Shown piece by piece: positions 39,598-52,005 of a DNA stretch of 64,000 bases. A program made the position numbers and the translations under genes. This DNA is from Rhizophagus irregularis. Lineage: Eukaryota. The notes beneath the pieces are model-generated. The model was not told the origin of the DNA and ran no database searches. It saw only the letters and a list, made by a program, of their open reading frames with translations. The stretch spans positions 4,402,001-4,466,000 of the forward strand of contig NC_089431.1 of NCBI RefSeq assembly GCF_026210795.1, read 5' to 3'. Numbering within the stretch: position 1 is the stretch's first letter; every line of letters begins with the position of its first letter.

Positions 39598-41167
39598 TTA
39601 AATATTAATCTGAAATATTTCATATTCTTCTATTAAAAACTCATCTTCAGAATTTCTGATAAATCTTTCATAGGATGACTTTTTACAATAACACTTATTA
39701 AATGTTTTACCATCAAATATATAGCAAGTTACTCCTAATAATGTAAGATCACTTTCACCAAATGATGGACCAAATAACCCCGAATAATTTATGGCATGCT
39801 CTTTATCTTTCACTCTACTTAGAAGATAATCTTCAATATTTTCATTGTTCTTAAAGGAAAATATAAAACTATCGTTAGTAACGCCAAAGCCCTCAGACTT
39901 CCATTCAATCGGATTATATCCTCCAAGAATTTCATCTCTGTCTTTCACTTTTAAAATTGCTATAGTATGAGATTTGTTATCGCAATAATCATGAAATCTA
40001 TAAGCATTAAATCCATCACGAGATCCACGATAAATCAATTTAAATTCGTACAAATTTTCTGCCTTATCTGTAATTTCTAATCTATCAATCCATTTTGAGA
40101 TTAATTCAGCATGTTGAATTTTAATAATTATCGAATCTATACTTATTGAACCAACTTTTGGAGTAAATTCGGCCTGCTTGTTTGAATTGACTATTGAATT
40201 AACGCTCTCTGAACTGATTGTTTTGATCGGTTTAAGTTCGACTGGCCTATAATCATGATTCAAAAAAATTTTCAATAATTCCTTATATAATTCCTTTGGT
40301 AAAACTTTCTTATAAGGTAAAACCTTGTCCATAAATTCTTTAGAGGACAAAGTAAAGAACTTAATAAAAGAAATACATTGTTGTAAGGTATTCTTTAAAA
40401 CATTGAAATCATCTTTTGAAAAGTTTGCAGGATCAGAAGGAAGATCGGGATTTTGAGCAAGTCCCCATTTAAGAACATGTTCCCAGACTTGAATTCCATT
40501 CATTTGAAGATCATCATGTTGAATAAGAGAAATCAAAGTTTTCTCTGAAATTGAAGTAAAATCGGGTGAATTAAAAATTTTTTCTGATTGTTTAGAAATT
40601 AATTCCGTACAAAACTTTTGAAGTTCTAAGAAAGAATCACTCTCAAAGCTAGTTTGATATATTTGAATAAAATTTTGTTCAATCCAGTCTGCTTGGTTAT
40701 TAATCAAAAATGATTGTGTATGGGGTATTAGTTCCTGAAGACTTAGTTCACTGGCAGCAACCAAAATTTTAACAATGTAGGAAGCATCAAATTCTTCCAA
40801 GGAAAGTTTTCCTCCATAAATATACCTAAAAAAAAAAAAGAAAAATTGTTTTTTTTAAACTATATATTAAAATAAATATTTATAATTTAATCTGTTCTTA
40901 CTTTAAAATTATTTGGAAAATTTCGGGTGAAATATTTGATAATTTAATATGTGTTAACGTTCCAATCGTTCCATCATTCTTCTTTTTATTTGTTGATAAA
41001 ATTTTTCTCAAATAAGAGGAACGATAGTTTAAAATGACCATATGAGCACGAAAAATTTTAACATAAGGGTCATTGCCAACTTCTATTGTAACATCATAAA
41101 ATTCTTCATCACCTAAAATTTCGAGTAAATTTTGTGATAATTTTGGTAAAAATTTATTATCTGACAT
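39598..41167 (-). CDS. BTB/POZ-BACK-TLDc domain protein
   Basis: Exons 41167-40902 and 40826-39598; intact BTB and TLDc motifs. Confidence 0.92.
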
Positions 41168-42329
41168 AATGAATGAAACGGAAAATAAAGTTTTTTTTGC
41201 AGATCGTATCCAAATGTTTGAATTTATAACCAGCCAAATGATCGACATAGTTTTTGTGCAGAATTAAATTATGATGTATTCAGTCAAGAGACGTAGTCGA
41301 TCTATGTCTGATCTGGTCGGATGATTGACATCTAACTTAATGGCGTATTTAATCAATTTTTTAGCCCGCTAAGTCCAAAACGTCGACCCATAGAACGGTC
41401 GCATCCTCTCTCTCGATTTGTACATTACCTCACTTAAATGGAGGATAATTGTCGCCTACCGCCATACTCTCTTGAAAATAAGACGGAATTTCCTAATACT
41501 CAAACGGAACTTCTTAACCGACTTAAACTGTCCAGAAAGACAAAATTGAAGTCGTTTTACTTTGTGACTTCAACGACCAATTTGACACCATGGGATCTTC
41601 ACATGCCATTAATCATCAATTCCTTCACAATCAGGATTTCATTGATTGTTTCGCCAGTGACCCTCTTACCGACAAACCTTTATCCACACATTTTTATTCT
41701 CATTATAATGTCGCAAATCTTCCAGAATCAACTATATTTGGCTTTCTCCGGCCTATAATCTATTAATATTAATAATAATAATTTTCTTATTTAAAATTTT
41801 AAAACATGATTTTTCATCAGTATAAAGAGTTATAACGAGAAATGTGATAAATATTTTTTCTATTAGTTCTAATAAAAAACTGTTTATGTATCCGAATCTA
41901 CTTTCATATTGAAAAACTTTATTTCCACATCCATTTATTTCTAGAATAAATGATGAGTATATGACATTTATTATTAATACAGGCTTTATTACATAAATGA
42001 GAAGTAATATATTATATTCGTACAATACATGTTCAATATAGCAGTCAATACGAGTCTTCTTTCTCAAAACAAATTACCTTTAATTAAAACTTAACGTGTG
42101 ATTTTCCAGAAAAATAAAAAAAAATTGGCGTAGCCTTTATATTCTTGCAATAAATTGCAGTTTATTTCAATATGAAAATTTCAATATGAAAACATCTGAC
42201 GTAATTTTAAAACGGTGAATTGAATTTGAAATAATTTATTATAGGATAAATTATCTTTTTTTGAATAATTTTATAAAATGACATATTTTTACTATAGAAA
42301 ACTTTAACGTATACAAAATTTTTTAGATA

Positions 42330-42780
42330 TTTTTATTTGAACAAACAAAAAATCATTTATTGGTAATGGAGTACGCTGATGGCGACACTTTTCGAGACTA
42401 TTTGAATAAAACTTTCCATAAACTTACTTGGAATAATAAATACAATTTAGAATATATTATGACTATATGACGAAAAAATAGTTCATCGAGACCTAGTAAT
42501 ATTTTTTTTTAATATTAAGCAACATGACTGTTCTATGAAAGTTTAACTTTTGTTTATACATTATAATAGCGTTCTTGTAATGTATTGGTTCATCAAATTC
42601 CATCAAGTTGACGGACGTTGGCTTATCAAAAAGGAATAATGAAGCATCTAAATAAATATCAAAATTACTTTATATAGTTTTCTAAATGATAATAACTTAG
42701 TGCACTGATATAGGAAATATCAAGTAGCAAATCCATTTCAAATGGGAATTATGATTTCAGTTTAATGTATAAATTTCACA
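42330..42780 (+). pseudogene. Protein kinase pseudogene fragment
   Basis: LVMEYADGDTFRDYL..LTWNNKYNL..IVHRDL and NVLVH..IKLTDVGLSK relics with frameshifts. Confidence 0.75.
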
Positions 42781-43319
42781 ATCACCCTCCTAAAATATAA
42801 ATTCACGAAGCACGTTATCTATTTACGTATAATATTTATTTACAATACCTTCGCGTCAATATAAATTTTAATTTAACTAAAACTAAAACAGAAATCATTA
42901 ATACTTGATAATTAAGTAGATTTAACTTGATAAATTTGTTACTTATCAATATCTGTTTTATAATTAGTCTAATTTATTTTAGTTAGATTCTAATAAAAAT
43001 CATTTTAATTATTTAGCTACATTTCTCAATTATAGACGGTATTTGTTACTGATTTAAAAATGTATTATTTAAAGTAATTTTTATATTTATAATTTGTTAA
43101 TTGATCCATAATTATTCAATTCTTTTTCAAATATAGCGTTATACTACCATTAGTTTTTATTTTAAAAAAATTCAAGAAGCTTAAAAGTGGATTTCAATTT
43201 TTAAATTTATAAAATTGTCATGTATTTCTCAATAAAATATCAATAATAGATAAAATAAATAAATAAATAATTTTATTGTAATAATTTACAAATATTACAA
43301 TGATTACAAATATTGTAAT

Positions 43320-44942
43320 TTATAAATAATAATCAATATTCTTTACGAATTCATAAGCTCTAATAGCTAAATATAATTCACAAAAATTTAGAACTTTAAT
43401 ATTATATAACATAAATTCATTCACTTCATCTTCTAAAGTAGACAAATCTATATTTCCAAAATTCTTAATAGCCAAATATTTGACTCTTTTTTCTTTCATA
43501 ATAAATTCCTTTATATAATATAAAATATCATCATTACCTTTTTGCATTATTAACAATCTATTAATAAAAATATTTTGAGAATTTTCTAAGAATATTTTAA
43601 AATCACTTTTTTTAATAGAAAGAGATAAACTTAAATATTCTAGTTTAGAAGGGAGAATTTGTCCTAAATTTTGTAATATAGTTGAAGTATAATCAACATT
43701 ATAATTAAATTGATAAATTTCTTTGATGTGAATTGAAAGATAATTAAGATTATGGTTAATACTTTCAATTAAATTTGATACTAGATGAGTAATCTGATTT
43801 ACAAATCCATATAAACCAAGAAATTTGATATTATTACAATATTTAGTAATTAATTCTAATAATTGTCGTCTTGATGATAAATCATAATCGAATCCAAATA
43901 CAATGAAATTTTCCAAATAATCACCAGATTTTTGTAATAATAATTCTAATAAATTGATTTGTAATCTCTCTTCTATAAATAAAGACTTTAATTTAAATGG
44001 TTTAGTTAAATTAATAATTTGTTGAATAAAGTTACTATTTAAAGAATAACAATAAGTGATATGAACAGATTCTAAAACATTTAATTGTTCAAATATTTTG
44101 TCTAAATTGATTATACCATTAAAATTAACTTGATGTAGTATGATCGTATTTAAAGTATTTGAACAATTATATTCTTTTAATAAAAATAATGATTGATAAT
44201 AAGGGAAACTATTATTATCCAATAAAATTTTCTTAAGATTTTGATGTAAATAAATTACTTGTAATATTTGACTTTTAAGTAATTTATATTCACTAGTACT
44301 ATTGTTATGATATAAGATATTAGGTGAGCTACTACCAAAATAAAGGTTTAAATTTTTAATATTATGAATGAAATTTGAATTTTGTAAAATTAATACAATA
44401 ATATCATCATAATATGGTTCATAACTATAAATAGTGAAGATATCAATGTTAAGAGTATTTAAATTTACTTCATTTTCAATGAATGTTTTAAATAATGATA
44501 TATAAATTAATCTTTTAAAATTAGATTCGGAAAGTATATCTAAATTTTGTAAAAAATATCTATTTCCGGGTTTTAAAGTCCTAACAGAATCTTCAAACCA
44601 TTTCCCAACAGAAGTAATAACCTTCAATAAATTTATATCTTTTATAAAACTAGTATAATTAAAAAGTGTATTTAAATAAAATAAATTATCATTAATTTTA
44701 TATATGTTTAAATTTGTTTTAAAATCATTATCATTTAAATTTTGTAAATAAATTTCAATAAATTTATAATTTTTTGTAGGAATTGAAAATGGATTTTCCC
44801 ATAATAATGGAATCGTTAATCGACACCATAATCTGTTAACTAAAATGCATGAATGTAAAGTTAAAAAATCATTTTGTAAATATTTTATAATTCCATATGT
44901 TAATTCAGGTAAATCTCCTGAAAATATTTTTGAACATGACAT
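43320..44942 (-). CDS. F-box / leucine-rich repeat-like protein, 540 aa
   Basis: N-terminal LPELTYGIIKYL..LHSCILVNRLWCRLTIPLLW F-box-like motif; LxxLxL repeats downstream. Confidence 0.85.
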   Translation of the reverse strand: MSCSKIFSGDLPELTYGIIKYLQNDFLTLHSCILVNRLWCRLTIPLLWENPFSIPTKNYKFIEIYLQNLNDNDFKTNLNIYKINDNLFYLNTLFNYTSFIKDINLLKVITSVGKWFEDSVRTLKPGNRYFLQNLDILSESNFKRLIYISLFKTFIENEVNLNTLNIDIFTIYSYEPYYDDIIVLILQNSNFIHNIKNLNLYFGSSSPNILYHNNSTSEYKLLKSQILQVIYLHQNLKKILLDNNSFPYYQSLFLLKEYNCSNTLNTIILHQVNFNGIINLDKIFEQLNVLESVHITYCYSLNSNFIQQIINLTKPFKLKSLFIEERLQINLLELLLQKSGDYLENFIVFGFDYDLSSRRQLLELITKYCNNIKFLGLYGFVNQITHLVSNLIESINHNLNYLSIHIKEIYQFNYNVDYTSTILQNLGQILPSKLEYLSLSLSIKKSDFKIFLENSQNIFINRLLIMQKGNDDILYYIKEFIMKEKRVKYLAIKNFGNIDLSTLEDEVNEFMLYNIKVLNFCELYLAIRAYEFVKNIDYYL

Positions 44943-45659
44943 TGTAAACGAAGAAAGAAAAACAAAAAGGGTATTTGTGTATCATATTTTATTATTATTA
45001 AGCCCGATTTATATTAATTTTCGGAATGATGATTTCCGTGTGTAACGTCACTAACGTCGTTAATAATCATTAAGGTTTTGTCGATCACTTGGCACAGTCA
45101 AAATCTGTTGTGGCTTAGCCCGTCATGTCAAATTAAATAAATATTTGACAGTATTTTAGTCCAAATTTTTATTCAAGTCCCAAATTTGTAAAATAACCAA
45201 CTTCGAAGTTTATTGGAAACTTACAAATAAATTCTTGGATAATATCGGAATGTAAAAATCATTTGATATAATCTTTAAATAATGATGCACTCGGATGTAA
45301 ATAATTCCTTTACTTTTTAATAATCATATGAATTACATAAAGTTTTGATTTAGCTCATCTAGTTCATATGTTAGATTTAATCTGTTCACGCATTTTTTTC
45401 CAAAAGAAATTTCTTCATTTATCATTATTAAATAATCTGTGAAAATTTTTAGATAATGAGTGCTATAAATAAATTCATTTCTTAAATATAATAAAGAAAA
45501 ATTTTAAAGAAAAGATACAATAAAATCAATACATGTTTTAAACCAAAAAAAAACCAAAATATAAATAGACTATGTTATAAATTTAAGTAAGACTATAATT
45601 GATAAATTTACCATAATACTTGATATTATATACTAACCAATTGTCAATAGTGACAATAA

Positions 45660-47525
45660 TTAAAAAGAAAAATTAATTTTATTAAAATTTTGATAATTTA
45701 AAGTATCAATATCGAAATTAATTTCCTTTGTAATATATCCTACATTTAAATTAAAAATATTACATATTAGGCATATAATATTGACTAAGGATTTCATTTA
45801 TAGTATATTTAAAAATATTTTTACATACCATTATTATTAAAATTTACATCAATGTCTAAGTTGATTTCTTCTGTAAGATAATCTAAAGAATATGTACATA
45901 ATTTTGTTAAATTATGAATTTGATATGTATTTACAAAAAGTAATTACCTTCATTTTCATATAATTTTTCTCTTTTAATACTTCGACCTAAATAATTAGTA
46001 GACAATGATTTACTGAAGTTTATCAACTAATTACATTTATTTGCAATCGACAAATATCATACCATATTCATTATTATCTTCAATTAAATCATCTTCAACT
46101 CTTCTTTTTAATTTTTCTAAATTAATAGATTGACTTTTTGAACTCCTTAAAGACATTGCAGAACTAATCATGGCACTTAAAGGTCTACTCTTATAAATGG
46201 CACCTGGATTATTTTTTGGAACAGGTCCAATATCTGATGACTCTATCATGATTACAGTTTGGTTGTTTTTCCAATTTAAATTTCTTTCCTTGGAACGCAT
46301 TCTACTAAATCTCACGCATATATCAGTAGCTGTTGGTCTTTTACTTGGATTAGAATGCCAGCATTCTTTCATTAATTTAATATAACCTTCAGGTGCATTT
46401 GTGACAATTGGTGGTCGTAAACCATCACAAATATCAATAATAAGTTCTGTATCATGATTTCGATCCCAAAAAGGTCTTCTACCTGTCATCAACTCCCACA
46501 TAATCATTCCAAAACTATATATGTCTGAAGCTTTAGTATATTTTTGTCTTTGCAAAATCTCTGGAGCCATATAAGGAATAATACCATAATTCTCATTATC
46601 ATCTCCAGATTCAGTTGCAGATTTACTTATACCAAGATCACCTATTGTTGTTTTGTCACTAATAAAATGATCGGTTTGTTTATTAAAAAAGATATTCCCG
46701 CTATGAAAATCCCTGTGAATAATATTTAATTGATGTATTCGTTTAAGTCCAGCTACTATATCTAATAAGTTATCTAGCTTTTTTTCCCAGTTAATATTAA
46801 AAAAATCTTTGGTGATGTAATGTACCAAATCACCTGAATCATAATATGGCATGATAATCATGATATCTTGAGAATCAGGATCTTGAGTAATTCCGAAGTA
46901 ATTGCAAATTTGCAAACTATAATATTCATGACCTTTCTTATAAATATCATAAAATACCTTGAGCTAGTAAAATGAAGAAAGCTTATTAATTTATGAATCT
47001 CATTAATGGTAAGGATTGTCGATTAAAACAGCATAATATGTACTATACCTCGTTCAACTCCTTAGATGTGATGTTTTTAGAACCATTAATTTTTTTGAGA
47101 ACAACTGTATAATTTTGGGAACGAATATTTCTTTTTTTACTATAATCCATAACCGGGCCATCAATCCAAGTAGCTTTATAAATTTTACTAAAACCTCCTT
47201 CAGCAATAAATTCTATATTTATGAATTGTTTATAAGGAACATATTCCATTTTACCGTTTTTTTTAACAAGATTAATTTGTGTATATCTGATAAAATCATC
47301 AATAATTTTGTTTCCACTTGAGCCGTACTTGTATACCCTCTTTATTTTGTAACAAACATGACAAATCTGATGACTTTCATCTGAAGGTTTCCTTGTATTA
47401 TTACATTCGGTGCATTTAATTTTTTTATATTTTGATTTAACAATGGATTGTGTTGGTTGAATTAAAGATGTATTGCTCGATAATAAAAAGTCAATTTTAT
47501 GTTTATAGTTTGTTAGTTGTTCCAT
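45660..47525 (-). CDS. TKL-like protein kinase, paralog of 29484-31325
   Basis: Exons 47525-47049 and 46963-46062, then three short exons to the stop at 45660; HRDFHSGN, DLG, YMAPE. Confidence 0.9.
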
Positions 47526-48678
47526 GTTTTTTTTTTATAAAAAAAAATGAGTTTTTTAATTTGAGTCAAGGAAAACTGTTGTCTAATATATACGTTTTAA
47601 ATTTAATAATTAAGCAAGAAATTCTTTTTTTCGAATTCTATACACAATTTCTAGAAGTCTTCTATGGGAATACGATTTTCTAAGAAATATTTGCGAGAAT
47701 TCTACGTAACAATCGTATCATGCAAAGAATTCTGTAGTCATGCATGATGTTGCGTAACTGCATAAGTATGTGGTACAGCGGAATGGAATTCTATTTTAGA
47801 AATGTTCTGCAATAAGTAAATAATTTCAAACACGTGAATTATTACTTACTTAATTTTGATGTTTTGTACCGTGGCTTTGTTCACATGGAATTTAAAAATT
47901 AAAAAATGAATTTTTGATATTTAAAATTATAAGTCTTGACCGATGATATATTTGACCCTTATAAACAATCTATTTTTAATAAAGTATCATTTAGAAAAAG
48001 AAATCACAAAACAATGAAGTTAGTAAATAATATAAATAGATCGAAAAGGTCTTGAAGAAAAAAAAATTTTGATAAGGAATATGAATAAGATAATAAAACA
48101 ATTCAAGGAAAAAACAATTATTAAAGATTTATTCAACAAAATATTTAAATATAATATTATATTAATGATTAAAATATCACAGTGATTATGTTTTAAGTTA
48201 TAGAAAATTGTATTTCTCCTTCATAATTTTGCTTCAAAATTTGAAGAAATAAACTCCTTTCTCCTCTTTAATTACTGACGCGTGCCACTTGTCACATATA
48301 ATTAAACACCAGTTTTAATAACATTTTATATGTACAGCTACATTAAATTATTTTTTCCAAAATTAATGCTTTAAAGCGTAGGTAAAGGAGCGTAAAAAAT
48401 TATTGAAAAATATTAATCATCATTATGGATTTAAGTAATATGTAAAAAATGAAACTTATTATTAACCAATAATACTGTAAGATGTTTTTTTGCTTTAATT
48501 TTATAATTTTATAATAATGTGTTTTCTACTAGTAGTGGAATTCTATAAGAAGTATTAAAAGAACAAATTATTTAATTTTCGTAAGTTTATTACATTATAA
48601 TACCAAAAATTCTATTGACCTTACCAAATATTATTGTTTCAATCGTACAAGCCTGCCTGATTGTCTGAAATAGGAATA

Positions 48679-49258
48679 CCGTATAGCGCTGCATACAGTA
48701 CCCCCTTGTAATAGTACCCCCTTGTAATAGTACCCCTTCAAATAGTACCGGGGTATTATTCAAATTCCTAATAAAAAAAGAATGTCCGGAAATTGTAGCT
48801 AAAAACGTCCGGAAAATGTTTATTTGTCTGGAATATGTCCGGAATATTGCAATATTCCGGACGTTGGAAAATTTCCATTTTCCAGAAAATGTCCAGAAAA
48901 TGTCTAGGAGGGTTTAGACCCAGCGTCCAGAAAGTGCCCGGAATATTGCAATTTTCTGGACGTTTTCCGGACACACGGACATTTTCCGGATGTTTTTAGC
49001 TACAATTTCCGGACATTTTTTTTTTTACAGGGATTCACATTCGGGTATTTTTGAAAAATACCCCGGTACTAATCAAAATTCGATTTTGAATAGTACCCGG
49101 ATACTAATCATATTCCGACTTGAAAAACTAATCTAATTGTAATAAAATCAAATGTACCCCCTTCCAATATACCCCCTTTTAATAGTACCCCCCGGGTACT
49201 ATTCAATCTAAGCGGACTTTCTTGAATAGTACCGGGTACTATATGCAGCGCTATACGG
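48679..49258. mobile_element. Tc1/mariner-type MITE carrying a nested insertion
   Basis: TIRs CCGTATAGCGCTGCATA / TATGCAGCGCTATACGG; TA flanks; AATAGTACCC subterminal repeats. Confidence 0.9.
48767..49032. mobile_element. Nested palindromic MITE with CC(C)..GGG ends
   Basis: ~50-bp inverted arms AATGTCCGGAAATTGTAGCTAAAAAC..; ATT on both flanks; TCCGGA repeats. Confidence 0.75.
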
Positions 49259-49558
49259 TAATATATATTCTCCAAATTGTCAATTCATCATCCAATTTTC
49301 GTGATTTTTCATAATAAAACGTCAGTATTTATTTAATATCCAAAAACTTTATCTTACGATTTAAAAATATGAAAAGTCACTTAAGCAATTAAATAAGCAC
49401 TAATAATACTTGCTAAATTTTATATTGCATTTATTTATTTAAAATAGGAACATAATTGATAAAATGTTGTTATTACTGCTTATATTGTTTTACTGTATAT
49501 ACTGTTGTTACTAATTTACTATTTGATACTTATGGTGTTGTTAATTACTACTTATAAA

Positions 49559-51814
49559 CTATTTTTCACTATTTTTTTTTGTATTTTTATTATTATACAA
49601 AATTTTAATAACCAAATCCATATATGGAACAGTTTTTTCCGTCAAATAAAGTGCTTCTTTTTTCCATTTATCTTCATCCTTAAATTTGCCTAATAAAGGT
49701 ACTGCTGACCTCTTCAATAATATGTCAACCCATTTTCTTGCTTTTTCCATCTGCTCGAGATTAACGCAATATAACACGATATCAAGGACAATCCAATTAA
49801 TGATTCCTAGATAAACATTTTTATATGAATTGTAAACCTCTTCTAGGATAGAAATTGCCTTTCTTAGGTTTCCATTTTTACGATAAGCAATTGATAGACT
49901 TCTACTGGGTTCTAATGTATCAAATTCAAGTCCTGGATGTTCTTTTCTAAGATTGTGTAATTCAAAAATAGTCTTTTCTAATTTTTTAATAAGAGAAGGA
50001 TCAGGTTCAGGTTCATCTGCTACAAGTTCGAGTAATTTTTCAACAGTATTAAGTAATTGTGCTCTTTTATGTGCCGTCTCTGGTGTTTCAGATTTATCCA
50101 ACTTACAAACTCGACATTGACAATCTATACCAACTGATTTAAGAAACATTGATCGGTTCTCATAGTCATGTGCACCTCTTCTGTAATTAAGAAGTAGTTC
50201 TTCGCCTTGTAAAATAGGTCTAAGAGATCGTATAAACATTAAATCTCCAAGAAAATATTGTGTAACATTATCATCAACACATGAATGATTAAAATAAGAT
50301 GGCATAATCCATAATCCTTCACCACTCAAATTAGAATTTCCAACTATAATGCCATCCAAACTAAAAGAATTATAACTGACAATACCTCCAATTATATCAA
50401 CATTTGCCGGGTTCATGTCAATTTTATCTAAATTTAAGCTATTGTAAAGTTTGTACACTTCTTGACAATGATAAGGTTCTTCCATAAGTTTCTGCGTAAT
50501 GCGGTATATTAATTCCTCAGAATATAGGTCATTTTGAATATTATTCTTCGTAGAGTACCCAAGGACTTCATGATTATATACTATACTAAATGCCTTAGAG
50601 ACCATCAATAAAGCATTTTCAGGAATATCCCGTTTTGCAACCCATCCTCTTCCTTTTCCTTCTACCAAACGAATTTCAATATCTTCGCATAAAAAATCAG
50701 CATGATCCAATCTTGCTCCTACCTCATGGACCCATTCGTCATTACCTTTACTATCTTTTCTAATTTCAGCTCTTTCACAACACTCATCGAGAATACTTAT
50801 ATAATCATATTGCCCATTTTTATTTTCAGAAGCTAAAATTTCCGCTTGTTTCAGTAATTGTTCTATACTCTGCTTAATTGAAGAGATACTATCATTTGTA
50901 CTGGATTTTATACTTTGATGCAAATCTTGAAGTGTAATAATGGCTTCTTCATAACGTTTAAGACCACAAAGAGCTTTACCTTTGCGAAAAGCTGCTTTTA
51001 AATGACTAGGTTCATATTTAAGAACAACTTCTGTATCATTTAGAGCATTATAAAATTGAAATAATCGCAGATATGCCTCTGCTCGGTTGGCTAACAATGT
51101 GACATTTTGTGGATTCAATTCGATGCCACCTGAATACTCATCAATAGCTGCCGAGTAATCCTTTGAAGCAAAATAATCATTCCCATGACGACGGAATTCA
51201 TCAACAATCTTTACTTTAATTTCTTTCTTATCCAATAGGTCGGAGGACCATATTAAGTTACCAAATAACTTGTCATTATTATGATCAATGATAATAATAT
51301 CTTCAGGATTATTTGAATTAATTATGGTGTTCCTATCTGCAGCAACTTTATATGATAAGTTTTTGATAACGAGTTTGGTGCCTACTGGTAAAAATGATTG
51401 ATCAATAGGTCGACTAGCCATCTGATCTTCTTTGTTTTCTGGTAATCTTGTCCAATTGTATAAAGCAAGTCGTTCCACATTACCCTCTGGATCTTCCACA
51501 AGAGCTAAAAGAGCACTTATTTTCATAAATTTGGTTATCACTCGACATAACAAAAATTTTTCGGGGAATTCATGATCAATTTGTAAATTTGCTATGGATA
51601 CCCGATGTTGAAGATTTAAACTTAAATTGGGTTGACTGCGAACGTTATGAACTATATAATTATTTTTATCATAAAAATACTTTAATTTTTGATGTTCTTC
51701 AATTAATCGTTCCCTGCTTTTTTTTTGCGAAATATTACCAGTATTTAAACGTAGAATAACATTTTGCAATATATCTATTGCTGGTATTTCAGTGTCTGAA
51801 AATTGGAGTTTCAT
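49559..51814 (-). CDS. TPR- and SET-domain protein (SMYD-like lysine methyltransferase)
   Basis: TPR GNDYF..AAIDEYS..LLANRAEAY; SET GKGRGWVA, SYFNHSC, GEELLLNY; post-SET CQCRVC; likely start MKLQ at 51814. Confidence 0.9.
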   Translation of the reverse strand: MKLQFSDTEIPAIDILQNVILRLNTGNISQKKSRERLIEEHQKLKYFYDKNNYIVHNVRSQPNLSLNLQHRVSIANLQIDHEFPEKFLLCRVITKFMKISALLALVEDPEGNVERLALYNWTRLPENKEDQMASRPIDQSFLPVGTKLVIKNLSYKVAADRNTIINSNNPEDIIIIDHNNDKLFGNLIWSSDLLDKKEIKVKIVDEFRRHGNDYFASKDYSAAIDEYSGGIELNPQNVTLLANRAEAYLRLFQFYNALNDTEVVLKYEPSHLKAAFRKGKALCGLKRYEEAIITLQDLHQSIKSSTNDSISSIKQSIEQLLKQAEILASENKNGQYDYISILDECCERAEIRKDSKGNDEWVHEVGARLDHADFLCEDIEIRLVEGKGRGWVAKRDIPENALLMVSKAFSIVYNHEVLGYSTKNNIQNDLYSEELIYRITQKLMEEPYHCQEVYKLYNSLNLDKIDMNPANVDIIGGIVSYNSFSLDGIIVGNSNLSGEGLWIMPSYFNHSCVDDNVTQYFLGDLMFIRSLRPILQGEELLLNYRRGAHDYENRSMFLKSVGIDCQCRVCKLDKSETPETAHKRAQLLNTVEKLLELVADEPEPDPSLIKKLEKTIFELHNLRKEHPGLEFDTLEPSRSLSIAYRKNGNLRKAISILEEVYNSYKNVYLGIINWIVLDIVLYCVNLEQMEKARKWVDILLKRSAVPLLGKFKDEDKWKKEALYLTEKTVPYMDLVIKILYNNKNTKKNSEK

Positions 51815-51887
51815 ATTGGTTATAACAGTTGAGAAATGACAAATTGTAAAAAAAAAAATATTTTTCTTGGGAATTTTTTTTTTCAAA

Positions 51888-52005
51888 AAAAAAATGATTA
51901 TTTAAAAAACTGATTATTATTTTAAAAAACTGATTATTATTTTAAAAAATTGATTATTATAAAAAAATTGATTATTATTTAAAAATTGATTATTATTTAA
52001 AAAAA
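51888..52005. repeat. ~20-bp tandem repeat AAAAAACTGATTATTATTTT, ~6 copies
   Basis: Directly visible just upstream of the SET gene. Confidence 0.8.

Noticed and set aside
41400..42070. ORFs 41438-41758(+) and 41753-42067(-)
   Set aside because: GC-richer relic with stops in the likely coding frame; no family recognised, so not called as genes
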